DNA of 64,000 nucleotides from Aplysia californica (lineage: Eukaryota). A program made the position numbers and the translations under genes. Below the pieces are notes generated by a model. It was not told where the DNA came from, did not search any database, and saw nothing but the letters and a program-made list of their open reading frames with translations. The stretch spans positions 72,038-136,037 of the forward strand of contig NW_004798335.1 of the NCBI RefSeq assembly GCF_000002075.1, read 5' to 3'. Position 1 is the stretch's first letter, and each line of letters opens with the position of its first letter. Positions 1 through 13,200 of the stretch are shown here, in pieces.

Positions 1-1060
1 GAGAGGGTTGGGGTGTAAAGGGTTCGTGTAGGGCTCATGAGTTCCCTGTCAGCAAGGGAAGGATAGATTTGTGTTTCCTACTGTGAGATTACCAGACTGT
101 GATGAAGAAATCTTGAGGAAATGCAGTGGAAAAGTTTTTTGAAAATTTGAGGACATAAGTTTTGTGGAAATGTCAGTTAATAAGTTTTGTAGAATAAAAA
201 GTTTGTGAAAATGTCAGTGGGTTTTTTTTCTTCTGAATAGTTCACACTGACCGACAAAGTTAATTGATCTCCTAATCCTAATGAGATGTGCCTCCGTATT
301 GTGTACAACAGTCATGAATTTTTGTTATGTAGTGTGCGTTTACTTATTTGTTCCTGTGTGGGTTGTTGGAGGGTGACACTGGTAGGTCCTTCTTCTTGTC
401 TTTTCCTCTGTATCTGCATGTGTCTCTCTTGCTTATTTCCCTGCACTAAATATGGTCTTTGTCACATCAATGCGCTTCTCATTGCTCAGATTCAAACTGT
501 TCTAATCTGTTCCCAGGGAAATGTCCCTATTGCAGTGTACTTATTTTCATGTGAATCTCAACTCTGCATCATCCCATCACTGATTTAGTGTCCCAATTTT
601 GGTCAATAACGTTTCTTTCCAACAAATGTATTGTGGAAGTGGTTAAAAGATACCATCAATAGGTCCTATTTTTCTTCTGTCCTGTAAATGTTTGTATGTA
701 GGTGGTTGGTGGGTGCTCTGTGTAGTTTGCTTCTTTTTTTTCATTTCAAATATCCATCGCTGGTGGTCGGTGGATGCTCTGGTGTGGTTTGCTCCTTTCT
801 TTGTATCAAACATCTATGTGGGATGTTGGCGGTTGCTCTGGTGTGGTTTGCTCCTTCTTTCTTATCAAACATCTGTGTATCATCCTGATCTCTCCTCTTT
901 CTTTTTTGTGTTGGTTACTCTCTTGCAACACCTATAATCTTTGACACTTGTATGACTTAACTGTGTTGCAAGTGTTAAACTCTTACTAAAACCAAAAAAT
1001 TACATGTATTATTACTTCTCATTTCTTCCCCTCCCTCATCCCCCCTCCTCTCCCCAAAAG

Positions 1061-1258
1061 ATCCTGGTGATGGGCAATGAGGACAGCCTGGTGGGTTTCC
1101 CCATCAAGCAGGTGGTGCCCGCCCTCATCCAGCTGCTGCAGATGGAGCACAACTTTGAAATGATGATCCACGCCAGCCGGGCGCTCACCTACATGATGGA
1201 GGCCTTGCCGCGCTCGTCAGCCTCTGTGGTGGAAGGGGTGGCTGTCTTCTTGGAGAAG
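1061..1258 (+). CDS. TRIP12: TRIP12 exon ([12 protein letters not shown])
   Basis: aag|ATC ... AAG|gtgagc; ARM region. Confidence 0.93.
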
Positions 1259-4200
1259 GTGAGCTCTGTCTGGCATACGCACGTTTTTGTTTTGTAGCGA
1301 GTGGTTGGCAGGTGCTCTGGTATGGTTTGCTCCCTTTTTCCCCCCATCAAAAACATTTTTTGTCCATATCTTTCTAAAAAAAAATTTCTTTGTGTATTAC
1401 TCTCTAGTAATACCTCGTATCTTCGGCTGTTATATGACCTATTAATGTTGCAAGTGCCAAAAAAGAAACCCCTTATGATTGTGAAAACACTTTTGTATTG
1501 TAGTGGGTGATTGGTGGAGGATGTTCTGGTGTGGTGAGAGTTTCTTGTGGTTGGAGGGTGCTCTGGTGTTGTTTTTCTTTTGCTCTATTGTTTTTGCTAT
1601 AATTTTCACATTTACCATGTTCTCTTGAAATTTAAATTTTTTTTACATGAGCTGGGTTTTTTTGGTTCATTTTTATTTCACCTCTTCTCCTCTTTTGTTT
1701 GGGGGTGGGTCTCTGCAGTTATAAAGTTTAAATCCTGGCCCCTCAGCTCCATCATTCTTTTTGTCTTGTAAAGTGATGAGTAAGCTTTTTCATTTTCTCT
1801 TTATTTAGCTTTGGAAAGGTAAGAAAAAAAGTACTTAGTTTAAAAAAAACATTTCATGAGTATTAACACAATGTACACTTTCGTATGTGAAATGTGTTTT
1901 CTGAGCATCAGGTTTTGTATTCATAAATATCTTCTCGCTGCTCTTTTTGATTGAATTAAGCATAGGGTACATGTGTTACCAATAGGAAGCTTGATGTTTT
2001 GCAAACTTCTATGACAGTTAAGAGTAGTTTTTAAAATGATTATTTATTTGTACTATAGGGGAAGTTTGTTACGAGACTGGGTGCGAAGCCCTCATACAAT
2101 GATATAAATCTTTTTTTTTTGGTTTCAATTCTGAATCTTCTAATACAGTAAATTATTTTTAGGCTTTTTTTGTTGTTTGATAAAGTTAAAGATTGTTTGA
2201 AAAGTTTAAATGTTGTATAAAAAGTTTTATTCTCTTTCAGCTGCAAGTCATAAACTGTATTGACGTGGCTGAGCAGTCTCTGTCAGCATTGGAAACTCTC
2301 TCTAAGAGGCATGGGAAAGCAATCTTGCAGGCTGTGAGTTCCTCATTCAGTTTGAATTTATTTGCATTTTAACGATAATAATAATAGATGTTGCATAATA
2401 AAACTATTTGACAGGTGTATGTGTAGAATATTTTATTTGTGTTTGTATAAAAATATCTACAGACAAAAATTTTTCGCAAAGTCTTTTTAGTTACTGTTAA
2501 CTGATTGCTCTCAACACAAATTTTAGCTTTTACTCACATGGATGGCTTGGTTTAGTTGGTGTAGGCTTGTAGTGTAAAAAAAATGTTGAATCAGGTCAGT
2601 TTACACCAACTAAAGAAGAGCATTTGCCCACTTTTACTTGTTCTGTGTTGACTTTGTGAAAATTAATTACTGAAGTAAGATTGAGAAGTGAATTTACCCC
2701 CATATATTTTCCCTCTGTTATTTCTATCTTACTCTATCCCCTCACTGAATAAGCGTGGACAGTGTCATTACAATGTAAAGAAAATGGGAAGTATTTATAT
2801 GTGATTGTCTTGGACAAGTTGTGAATGGGTTTTGAAAAAGACCTCAGGTCACATTGAGATGTTTATGTTTTTGTTGAACCAGGGATGATATCACATTGAA
2901 ATCTCTGTTTTTATTATACCAGGGAAAAGGTCACATTGAAATTTGTTCTTATTCTACCAGGGAGGAAAAAGTCCCATTGAAATCTTTACACTTTAGTTCC
3001 ACTTAAGAGGAAATCTTTGTTTTTGTTCCTCCAGGAAAAAAGGTCACATTGAAAATTTTTTTGTGTTTTTGCTCCGACACGGAGGAAGTCACATTGAAAT
3101 TTTTGTGTTTTTGTTCCACCAGGGAGGAATTTCTGCCTGCTTGATGTTCTTGGACTTCTTCAGCATCATTGCCCAGCGGCGAGCCCTGACTATCACAGCC
3201 AACTGTGTGCAGTCCATGTCTGCCGATGAGTTCCACTACATGAGGGACTCGCTGTCTCTCCTCAGTGGCCGGCTCAATCACTCTGTACGTTCCTTAGTAT
3301 TGATGACGTTCATTCAGTTGCTCTAAGCTCAGAGGGCATCATTTTTCAGAAGGGGGGAGGGGGGGAAAGAACCGTTTCATTTTTCTTTAAAAATTGTACT
3401 CGCATTACCTTTATCTTTTTGTGTGTGGTATTTATTTTCTCAATACTTAAAATTTGAATTTCGACAAATATTTCTTGAACAGATGGGACTGATATCACAG
3501 ATATAAAAAAGAAACTGCAGTTGTTGTTGTTTTTTTTATTTAAAAATTCTGGGTGTAGTTCATATGAAAAGTTTGCTGATGATAATTTTTGTATCCACGG
3601 TATTATGCTCTCTAACTGCCTAGCTGGTTTCTTGAAAATTGTGTAACAGGAAAGGAATAAAGTCTTCTATTTTAAATGAGGAGAGCAACTCAACGGACAA
3701 TGCACAGCACTTTCATACCATTTGTAGTGCATGCTGATTCCTGATTTTTATAAAGGACCTGCAGACTGATCTCACGAGAAGTCCATAGTATAAAAGTCGT
3801 CCACCCACCCAACCTATTTCAAACATGATTGACCTAGTGCGCAGGCTGGGGTCACAGCGGGGTTGGTGCTAAGTCTTATGAGAACTGGAGACAGTTGGCA
3901 GTGGTCATCAAAATGCACAAAGACTTGGGGAGTTGTACTATACTTTTACCTTTTATTGTTCTTATTCTCTGTGGGTATGGGTTCTAAGTGGTTTTGTGCT
4001 GAGAACTGAAGCTGATCAAAACTAGACAGTCGAGGAACAGTGGGTGATTGGAGAACACCGCTGGTAGGTCCCACTTCTTTTACTCCTTCTGTTGCTTGTC
4101 TGTCTGTATGGCTTTTTTTCTGCATTTAAATGACAATTATTGTGTCGGGCAGTGTGTTGTTGAAGGGCAGCCGTGGTATGTCCTTCTTCTTTTTTCTCCC

Positions 4201-7200
4201 TCTATTGTTTCTGTCTGCATTTCTTGCTTTTTCCTTGCTCTGAATGACGATTGTTGTGTGATGGGCTTCTCTTTACTCAAGTTAACAAACATTTACAGGA
4301 CAGCAAGTCTGTTGAGAGTGTTTGCCTATGCTTTGCCCGCCTTGTGGACAACTTTCAAAACGATCAGAGATTGCTGAAAGAAATTGCTGTTCACGACCTG
4401 CTGACCAACATTCAGCAACTGGTGAGTTAGTGTCTGGAGTTGAAAAGCTCCTCCAAAACGCTGATAGCACATCTCTATTATTAGACTTTACATACGTTAG
4501 AGGTTTATCTTTCAGGATAAATCCAGAAATGCGAATTTCTGAAATTGCCCACATTTTGCCCAACATATATATATATTTTAATCTCTTTGTTCATATCGTG
4601 ATACAAGATATTGTAGAAAATATGTTCCTTAAATTTTAAGGTGGTTTATTTTGAATTCCAAGAGAAGCAGCAAAGATAGGGATTAAAAAACCCTCATTTG
4701 AGAAATGAAGCAATGCTTTGATCAACGCAAATGGCGACATTTGCCAGCCTCACCTTTGAACTCATTGAGATCATAATTTATACTTAAAATTTCAGTGGAG
4801 TCTGTTCAAATCAAAATCTGCAGAACAGATTTTCTTCAGGTCAGCTGTATTTACAGTTCAGAGAGATTGCTCAAATAGAAGAAAAAAAATTGGGGATTTT
4901 ATTTTATTTCTCTTTACCGCCGTTTTCGGATCGACTGTAAGGTTAAGTAGACTCCACTGTATCTAAAAATTATGGATGCCTTTGCTGGTCTACCCTTGAT
5001 ATGTCCAGAAGAGTCGAATTATTTTTATGTATTTGGATTTTGTACTGGATAGTTGAAGAAGTTGACAGAAAATGTTTCCATTCTTTGTAGTCATTAATGT
5101 AAAAGTTTATCATCAGTTCAGCAGCCTGTCAACCCAGTACATTGTTTAAGAGGGTAGGAGTCTTTAAAAATACAGTTGCATTTGTGCAAGACAACCACCC
5201 ATCATCGATGAGAAAAATGGTCATCTTACATAGGTGATCTTCTCAGACATTGTCATTATGATAAAGGAAAAAATGCAGGGGGGGGGGGAATTGGTCATTT
5301 GTACAGGTGATTGTCTTCCTGCAGGTTTGATGGGTTTCCTTTTGCAATGCAAGGTGATGTCTCAGATTTATAAATGCTTGAAGGATAATGCATATTGAAA
5401 TCTGTGAATGGTGATAAAGATTAAGATTTGTGAATGATAATGAAAATTGAAATCTGTGAATGATGATGCAATTTTCCTTCATGGAACTGTCTTTTTTCAG
5501 CTTGTAATGAGCCCGCCTGTCATCAGCACCAGTGTGTTCGTCACAGTGGTCAGGATGTTAGTGGTCATGTGCTCAAACTGTCCAGATCTGGCCGTCATAC
5601 TGCTCAAACAGAGTAAGTACTACTGGCTTTTCTCTATAGCTGCTATGGGTGCTAATCGTCTACTTTTCAGAGTTAGTAATGTTCTGCTTCTTTTTAGCAG
5701 GTTGTTAGCGGGTGTTCTGGTGTGGTTTGCTCCTTCTTTCCTATCAAACATCCATCATACTGATCTTTCCTTTCTTTTTGTGCCCCTTGGCGCTCATATG
5801 ACCTTATGCAGTTGCGAGCGCCGTAAAACCCTCTACTATAGAAAAAATTTTTGTGTTTGTTAATCCCTTGTAACACCTCTAATCTTTGGCACTTATATGA
5901 CCTTATTGTGTTGCAAGTGCCGTAAAACCCTTAGGAAAAAAAAATCAACAAAAAAACTCTTGCAAAACTAAAACACTTCTTTTCAATGTTACTTATTTTA
6001 CCAAATGGGGAGGATGTTTATCAACTATCTCTGTCTTTCTGCTGGGATATTGTATATCTCTCAGACCAGATTGGTTCTAAATGCTCTTAAGTGTTCCGGT
6101 GGGGATGTATAAGTTCTACAATTATTTTTATTAATTTTTTTGTTAGTAATGTTCCCATTTTCACAATCTGTCCCTATAGAATTGTAACCATTATGTTGCT
6201 TTCACCTGATACCATGGGTGCGTTCATCATGTTTGCTGCCCAGCAGTAAATAGCAGGTCGACAACATTTTTTACTGTAACTACAGTTTTTTTTTCAAGAA
6301 CAGAAATAATCTTTGTTTTTCCCATTGCCCCTTGGTGAAGTGGTGTTTTAACACGCAGATGTCAGTTTCAACTGCCTCTGAAAAGTCTGGAAAATTGTTT
6401 AAATATTAATGTGATTTTACATTCCTGTAAAGTTCCTAGAGTTTGTTTTTATTTACTTGAGTTCTGGAAAAACCTTGTCATTGGGAAATACTCTGAATGT
6501 AAAATTTGCCAAGATGGGGATAATATGTTGGGTCATGGAAGATTGAAAATGATCATCCCTAAATCTCAGATGGATTACTGAGAAATTGTTACAGGTCATG
6601 CCAAAGTTACAGATTTTTTCCATGGAGGTTCACTGTTTACAAAACGTTTGAGATGTTACATTGACTTATTTTGTATGTCATTATAAAACTAATGAATAAA
6701 TAAAATTTTGTTTTAATAATGATTTTTACTTTTATTAACTTACAGAAATTGCTGAGACTTTGAGGTATCTCTTGACGGGCTCCTCAGAGACCACTGACCA
6801 GTGCTTTGAGGTAAATATACTTGGTAATAGTAAACTTCGGACCCATCTGTCACCCATATCCCTCCTGCTTCTTTAATTTATATGTTACTGTCGAGTTGTT
6901 AAAGATCCAGATGTTACCGTCTAGAAACATCTATATTCTTCTGCACTTCCATGAACTAATTGTATTGCAAATGCCATAAAACACTTACTTACACAAAACT
7001 AAATTTGGGACACATCCCTCTCTGATTCATTTGGTTGTGATTGTTGAAGTTGTGTGGAAAGACTTTACTTCCTGTTTTGTACAGAAGACTTGTCACCCCT
7101 AGGACTTGTTCTGCTTTATCTAATGCATCAGAAAAATGGAACCAGCTGCTTTCGCAGAGCTGCAAGTTAGCCGCTGTGATTCTATTCGATGCGGAACTTA

Positions 7201-10200
7201 ACTAACAAGCAGAAGTGTGGGGTTCTATTTTGATTCTTTCTGGAATATTTTTTTGCGCAGGATGTAGAACTTGGCCAACAAACAGAAGTGTAGGGTTACA
7301 TTTTTTTTGTTTCTAAAACATTTTATGTCTCAGGGTATAGAACTTGGCCAACATGCGGAAGTATATTTTTCGATTCTCTATCTTGCTGGAATGTTTTTTT
7401 CTTTTAGGTTATAATTCAAGACTTGGTATAGATAAGACTATCTTTTGTTCATGTTAGTTGTTCAGTTTTGTTGTCCTTACCATTTGAGTGGGCGGTCGGA
7501 GGATGCGTCGGCTACAGCCTGCCTTTTCACCATTCTTTTTATCTTTCTCTGTGCCTCACATGTTGATGATCATCTCTTTTTACCAATTCAAACAACTCGA
7601 TGTTACAATTGAACAAATTTTATAGGTTGTTTTTACTTACCAACCACTTTTATCAAAGGATTTTGTGTATAATGAAAAGTATCGTGGTCTCCTAGTTTTT
7701 GTATGATATAAATTTGATCACTAATAAACATAAATGGTCTGTAAACGCAGTCTTTATGTTAACAAACCAATTTGCCAGCTTCAGTTCACTAAAGATTTCT
7801 TTTTATTTTATATTGCTTGACATAACGATTTATCTTAACTTTTTTCTTGACAAGAAAGATTAGCATTATCTTCTGATGAAAATGCTTATCATTTCTCTCT
7901 CTTTTTCTTTCTCTCTCTCCACAGCTTGTCTCCCGTACACCCCAGGAGTTCTTTGAGATTGTCAGCCTTATCGGGTGAGTAGCTTGGCCGCGAGTATGTC
8001 CATAACTCACCTTTTTCACCAAAATCACACAGTTGTGCTACACTGGATACTACTATCTCACTGCAACCTGTTTGGGAATGAGACAGCTGATTCATAAGAA
8101 AAAGAATGGTCTGGATTAGATCGCCTGAAAAAAAGACGAATGGTTAGGAGGTGAAAATTATCATCAAAATGAGGCTACAGAGTGGAAGGAACAACACCCG
8201 AAAAACAAAAATCAGGTGCTCCGGCAGATTTCGGTTTAAGTGGACCTCACTGCGTTATTGTTGTTACTAGAGGTGTGCTTTTTTTTTTCTTTACTTGCCA
8301 ATAACTAACATAAAAATGTGACTCTTGAATTTGCTTTATTTCCTTTCAGTGAACTGCTGCCCCGGCTGCCAACTGACGGGCTCTTCTCTGTCAACGCCTT
8401 GCTGCGTAAAGGAGGGACAATCAGCCAGGACGGGGCTTTCTGGCAGTGGCAGGATGACCGAGGGCTCTGGCACCTGTACACACCCATCGACAACAAGATT
8501 GTTGAGGTCAGTGGGAATCGTGTGTGTGTTTGTGTGTTCACTTTTTTTGGGTCCCCATTCATCCTATAAATGGTTGTGTGGGTGGTTCGCATGTGCTCTC
8601 GAGTGGTTTGATCTTTCTTTCCTATAAAAGATCTGTCATCCTCACCTCTCCTTTTTTGCGTTTGTTACTCTTGTAATGCTTCTAATCTTTGGCACTCATA
8701 TGTGTTGCAATTGCGGTAAAACTCGACTAAATCAAAACATGAATGGATGCGAGCTAGTTAGTATGACATTATGTATGTGATCTGTTTAAGTGTGTTCACT
8801 TGGCACGCAGACTTTATTTCTGTGCGAGTGGTTGGAGGGCACCACTGGTAGGTCCTACTTCTTTTCTTTCCCCTCTCTTATTTCAGTCTGTATTGCTTCT
8901 TCCCTGTACAATATGACTATCATAGTGTCAATGTGCTTCTCATTACTCAAATTGAACAATCTCTTATAATGTGGTTGTTTTATGGTCTCCAGGCAGCGTA
9001 TCAGGCTGGTGAGGAGGAGGTGAGCTTATCCACCATGGGCCGCTCCTACCTGCTAGATTTCAACTCCATGCAGCAGATCAACGAAGACACAGGGACGGCC
9101 AGGCCAGTGGTGCGGAAAGTCAACAGCCTGGGTCCGGCAGGACAGAATACCTCTGGGGATCCCTGTGAGTAGGATGGTCACTTTTTTTTTTTAATATGGA
9201 AAAGGGGTCGGGGCTGGGGGTGCTTCCTTAAATTATTGATAATAGTAATGAATGAGGAAAATAATTTTGATTTATAACACCTTCTACAGCGTGCACACAG
9301 CTCTAGGCGCTTTATGTAAAAGTGAGTACAGTACAGATTTAAAATAAATGAACGATCCTGTACATGCTATGAAAAATTAATCTTTGCTTATATGCACACA
9401 TCAGGCACACTTCTTTCTTAACTCTTTATCTCCGGCAAGCCGCTCCCAGTGTCTCGCGGTCGGAACCACTGCGCCAGTTAGCCGCTGACAGTGGCTCAGG
9501 CTCATTCCTTTATGACAACTTCAACATCAAGTTACTTTTCGGCTATTGACAAAAACAGGTCTCTCATACTGGAAGTTCATTCATTAGATGAAGAACTATG
9601 AAAATATGTTTGCTAGTTTCCATTTAATGTCGTTTTTGTTGTTTTTAGATTTAGCACCAAAAAAAGGGTCACGGAATCTATGGAAGTCACTAAACTTTGG
9701 TGGCCAATTTCTCGCTAATTTTGCCACTGAAATCAGGCGACCCCTTTGTCTTTCAATTGCAAATATCTCCACTTCTAATCGAGGTGGTTGACTATTTTTT
9801 TTTCTTCGAAAGCAAAACAAATGAACAAGTTTTAAGATGATGCCAATATTACCTTGTGCCCAAAATTTGACGAGTGCATGATTCCACCATGTTGAGACAC
9901 AATTGTTGTTTTGGTGTGCTTCTCTTACTTTCCCTATACAAACTGGAGACTGTCTGAGGAGTTCACAGGAAAAATGTGGGTGGTCACAAAATAGGAATTG
10001 TGAGAAAATCAGATTTGAAAGCTTTAAGTTTTGAAGACTTTTCAATTCAGTTATTGAGTGTGTGATCATTTTGGGGCTGTGTAGTAAGAAACCAAGGGAT
10101 TTTAGAACTTCTTTTCATCTGCAGTAGCACTATTTTGTTGAGATTGCCCGTTTTTCATCTGTGTTTTGGGGCTGTCAGTAATTTTGTAGTTACGCCACCG

Positions 10201-13200
10201 GACTCATAATAGCAAATGGGTTCGGGGATTTTAGGCTCATCTTAGTCTGACATTGTGTTCTTTGAAAAAGTATTTTACACATATTTTCCTGTTTGGATCG
10301 GTCCTGTTGAAGAGGGATGTTAAATTCAGCGGTCCCACCTCTTTGTTTACCTTTTAGTGTTTCAAAGTGTGTCAAGCCTGTACAATTTTGCATGTTTTTG
10401 TACATCTTGCATTTTCCTGTCCTCAGCTGGCCAAGTGGACCCAAACGTGGAGCGCTGTGACTCACGAGCAGAGATTCTCAAGGAAGACCAGGAACTGGCC
10501 TCTAGCTTCATACAGACGCTCTTCGCTGTCCTGTATGAGGTGTACAGCTCTTCTGTGAGTACATGTCGGACACTCGTACGATGAGACTTTTCTACCTGAG
10601 AAAAAATCCATGCTTTTGTGGAACAGGACTCCAACCAAAAACAGTCTAAATTGTCCAAGATTCTCCCCCCCCCCCCGCGTCAAGAAGAAAAGTGTTTGTC
10701 TTAAACATGTGGTTGTTGTTATCGATACAGCTACAGCTGGACTCTTGCCCTTCTGTAGACATGTGGACATCTTGGACAATTTCTTAGTAATATTTGACAA
10801 ATGTGAGAGTGGAAGTGGGAAGAGGTCTTTTGTATGGGTGATTTTAATAAAAATAATAATAGATAGCATTTGTATAGCGCAAATCCCCTCTCAACAGCAA
10901 GCTCTATGCGCTTCACAATCTATACTATTACCCCAGCAGACCTGAGAGCATTCTGAAACAAACTCAACTTCCTGGGAAGCATACAGTGCTTGGGGATGTA
11001 GCAGTTGGAGCAGGTTCGACTGTACTGCTGTGAAAATAGTTGTGCTACCTTATATCCAAGCTAGTGAGCCCCGTTTGCATTTTTATTCTCTATTGAAGTT
11101 TTTTTTTTCAATGGACAAAAAAATGCTAATTCTGAGGAGGTCGGTTCTGTGTTTGTTGGGAAATGTAGGTTGCTACTGTATTAGGCTGAGTAGAAGGCAG
11201 TTTCTTATGGGAAAAAGTAGATGTAAAGAAAAACTGTTGAAAGAAAAATACCACTTTTATGTTTAAGCAAAGATTGTTCTTTGAGCTGGGCCCCCTCCTC
11301 TATTTAAGAAACAACACAATGCATCCTTGGCGTACTATAAGCTCAGTTGAATGGCCCTGGTTTGAATTCCTTAACCAAACAGGCATTCTTGAAATTGGGT
11401 TGTTTTCGGGCCATTTTCAAGGCATTTATTTTTATCCTATTGGAGATGAGCATTAAGTTCAGAGGTCTTACCTCGTAAATAACCTTGCAGTTTTTAAAGA
11501 TATATTAAGCCTGTACAAAAACAAAACAAGTATGTTCTGTAATGATGACATCTACTGTATAGTGTGTAAATAGCGGAGGGCACCGTTCATATTGGGTGGT
11601 GTGTTTAGAATTCAATTGTTGGTTAATTTACAAGAAAAGAGTGAAGAGTGGCTCTGGAATGTTTTGATGCTGTTGACTGATTTTTATGGGTGATGTTTTG
11701 GTAAATAATTTTTTTTTTTTATCTTATTGTGTTTGAAGTCGCAGAAAATTATTATGTTTAGAGGGTGATGTTTTGGTAAATTCTTTCATCAGATTGTTAG
11801 ATTGTGTTTGAAGTCGCTGTAAATTATTAATGTATAGATGTGTATAGAGCACCAGCTTCTGAATTAGCAGTTAGTTGCTTCTCTGTTACATGCAGGAGAC
11901 ACGAGTTCTATTTCAAGTGGGGAGATGTTTTATCGAATATCTGTCTTTCTGTTGGGATGTTTTTATCCCTCTCAACTTCGGTTGGTTCTTATAGCCTGCC
12001 TCTTAAATGATGTGAAAGAAGTATAGAGCAGTATCTATGTCCACCGTGTATGTTTTCTTTGTCCAGGCTGGCCCCAATATTCGCCACAAGTGCCTTCAGA
12101 CCATTCTCAGAATGATCTACTACTGCAACCCAGAGCTGCTGAAGGAAGTCTTGGGCACACAGGCTGTATCCAGGTACGAAGGTCTTCTCACAGGGTTTGA
12201 GCCTGAGCAGATGGGGCTAGAAAAATCTGCTCAGGGGAGGTTTCTTTTTTAGTTTGTTCATTTTACTTCTTCCCTGTGTTTGTAGTTTCTCGGTCTATTC
12301 ATGACTGAAATAAATGGGGGTGGTAGGCGGGTGTTGTGGTGTAGTTTGCTTCCTCTTTCCTATCAAACGTCTTGTTGTCCTTATATATTCTTTTTTTCTT
12401 TTTATGTTGCTTTCTTGTCACACCTCTAATCTTCAGTCTCTATGTGACCTATTTGGTCGCTTTTTAAGATAAGTGGGCTAACCCAGATTTCGGGGGTTTC
12501 CAGAAATCTTGACCAACACCAAAAGTGGGCATTGTCGTACCTGTAGGAGAAGTTTGGTTTCATTGGTGTGTATGTTTGTTTGGTTATATTATAGAGAAAA
12601 CTCTCCTTGTCCTTTAAAGGAACTGAACAAGGGGCAAAAACATTGCCTCCGATTTTCTCCAAAAAAATTTTGAGATAGCCCCCTTGTGCTTAAAAGTGAC
12701 CATTTATGTTGCAAGTGCCGTAAAAATCTTTTTTAACTCTTTAAACCCCTGTTCCCCATGGGATCCTGTGAGCGTCCGATACTAGTAACAGCTGTTTCAT
12801 TTTATTCAGTGCTAGTTTTTGCATTTTTCGGTACTATTCGCAAACCAAGTTTTTAAGTAATGACTAAGCCCTTGTTTCCACCATTTTGAAGTTGGAGGCA
12901 AGTTTTTGGGGTTATAATGAGACAAAGTGCACCAGGTTTAGGTTACTGTAGAAAAAACCACAGGGAACGGTGGAAAAAACTTCGGGTTTAAAGAGTTAAA
13001 CTTTGATTATGTGACTCCCAATCTTTGATGTTGGTTGGTTTTTTTTTGTTTTTTCGTCTGTCTCTAGTCAACTTGCCTGCATGCTGGGCTCACCAGATCT
13101 GAAAGTGGTTGTGGGTGCCATCCAGATGGCTAACATTCTGATGCAGAAGTTGCCGGATGTGTTCAGCGTCTATTTCAGAAGAGAGGGTGAGTCGCTGTAA

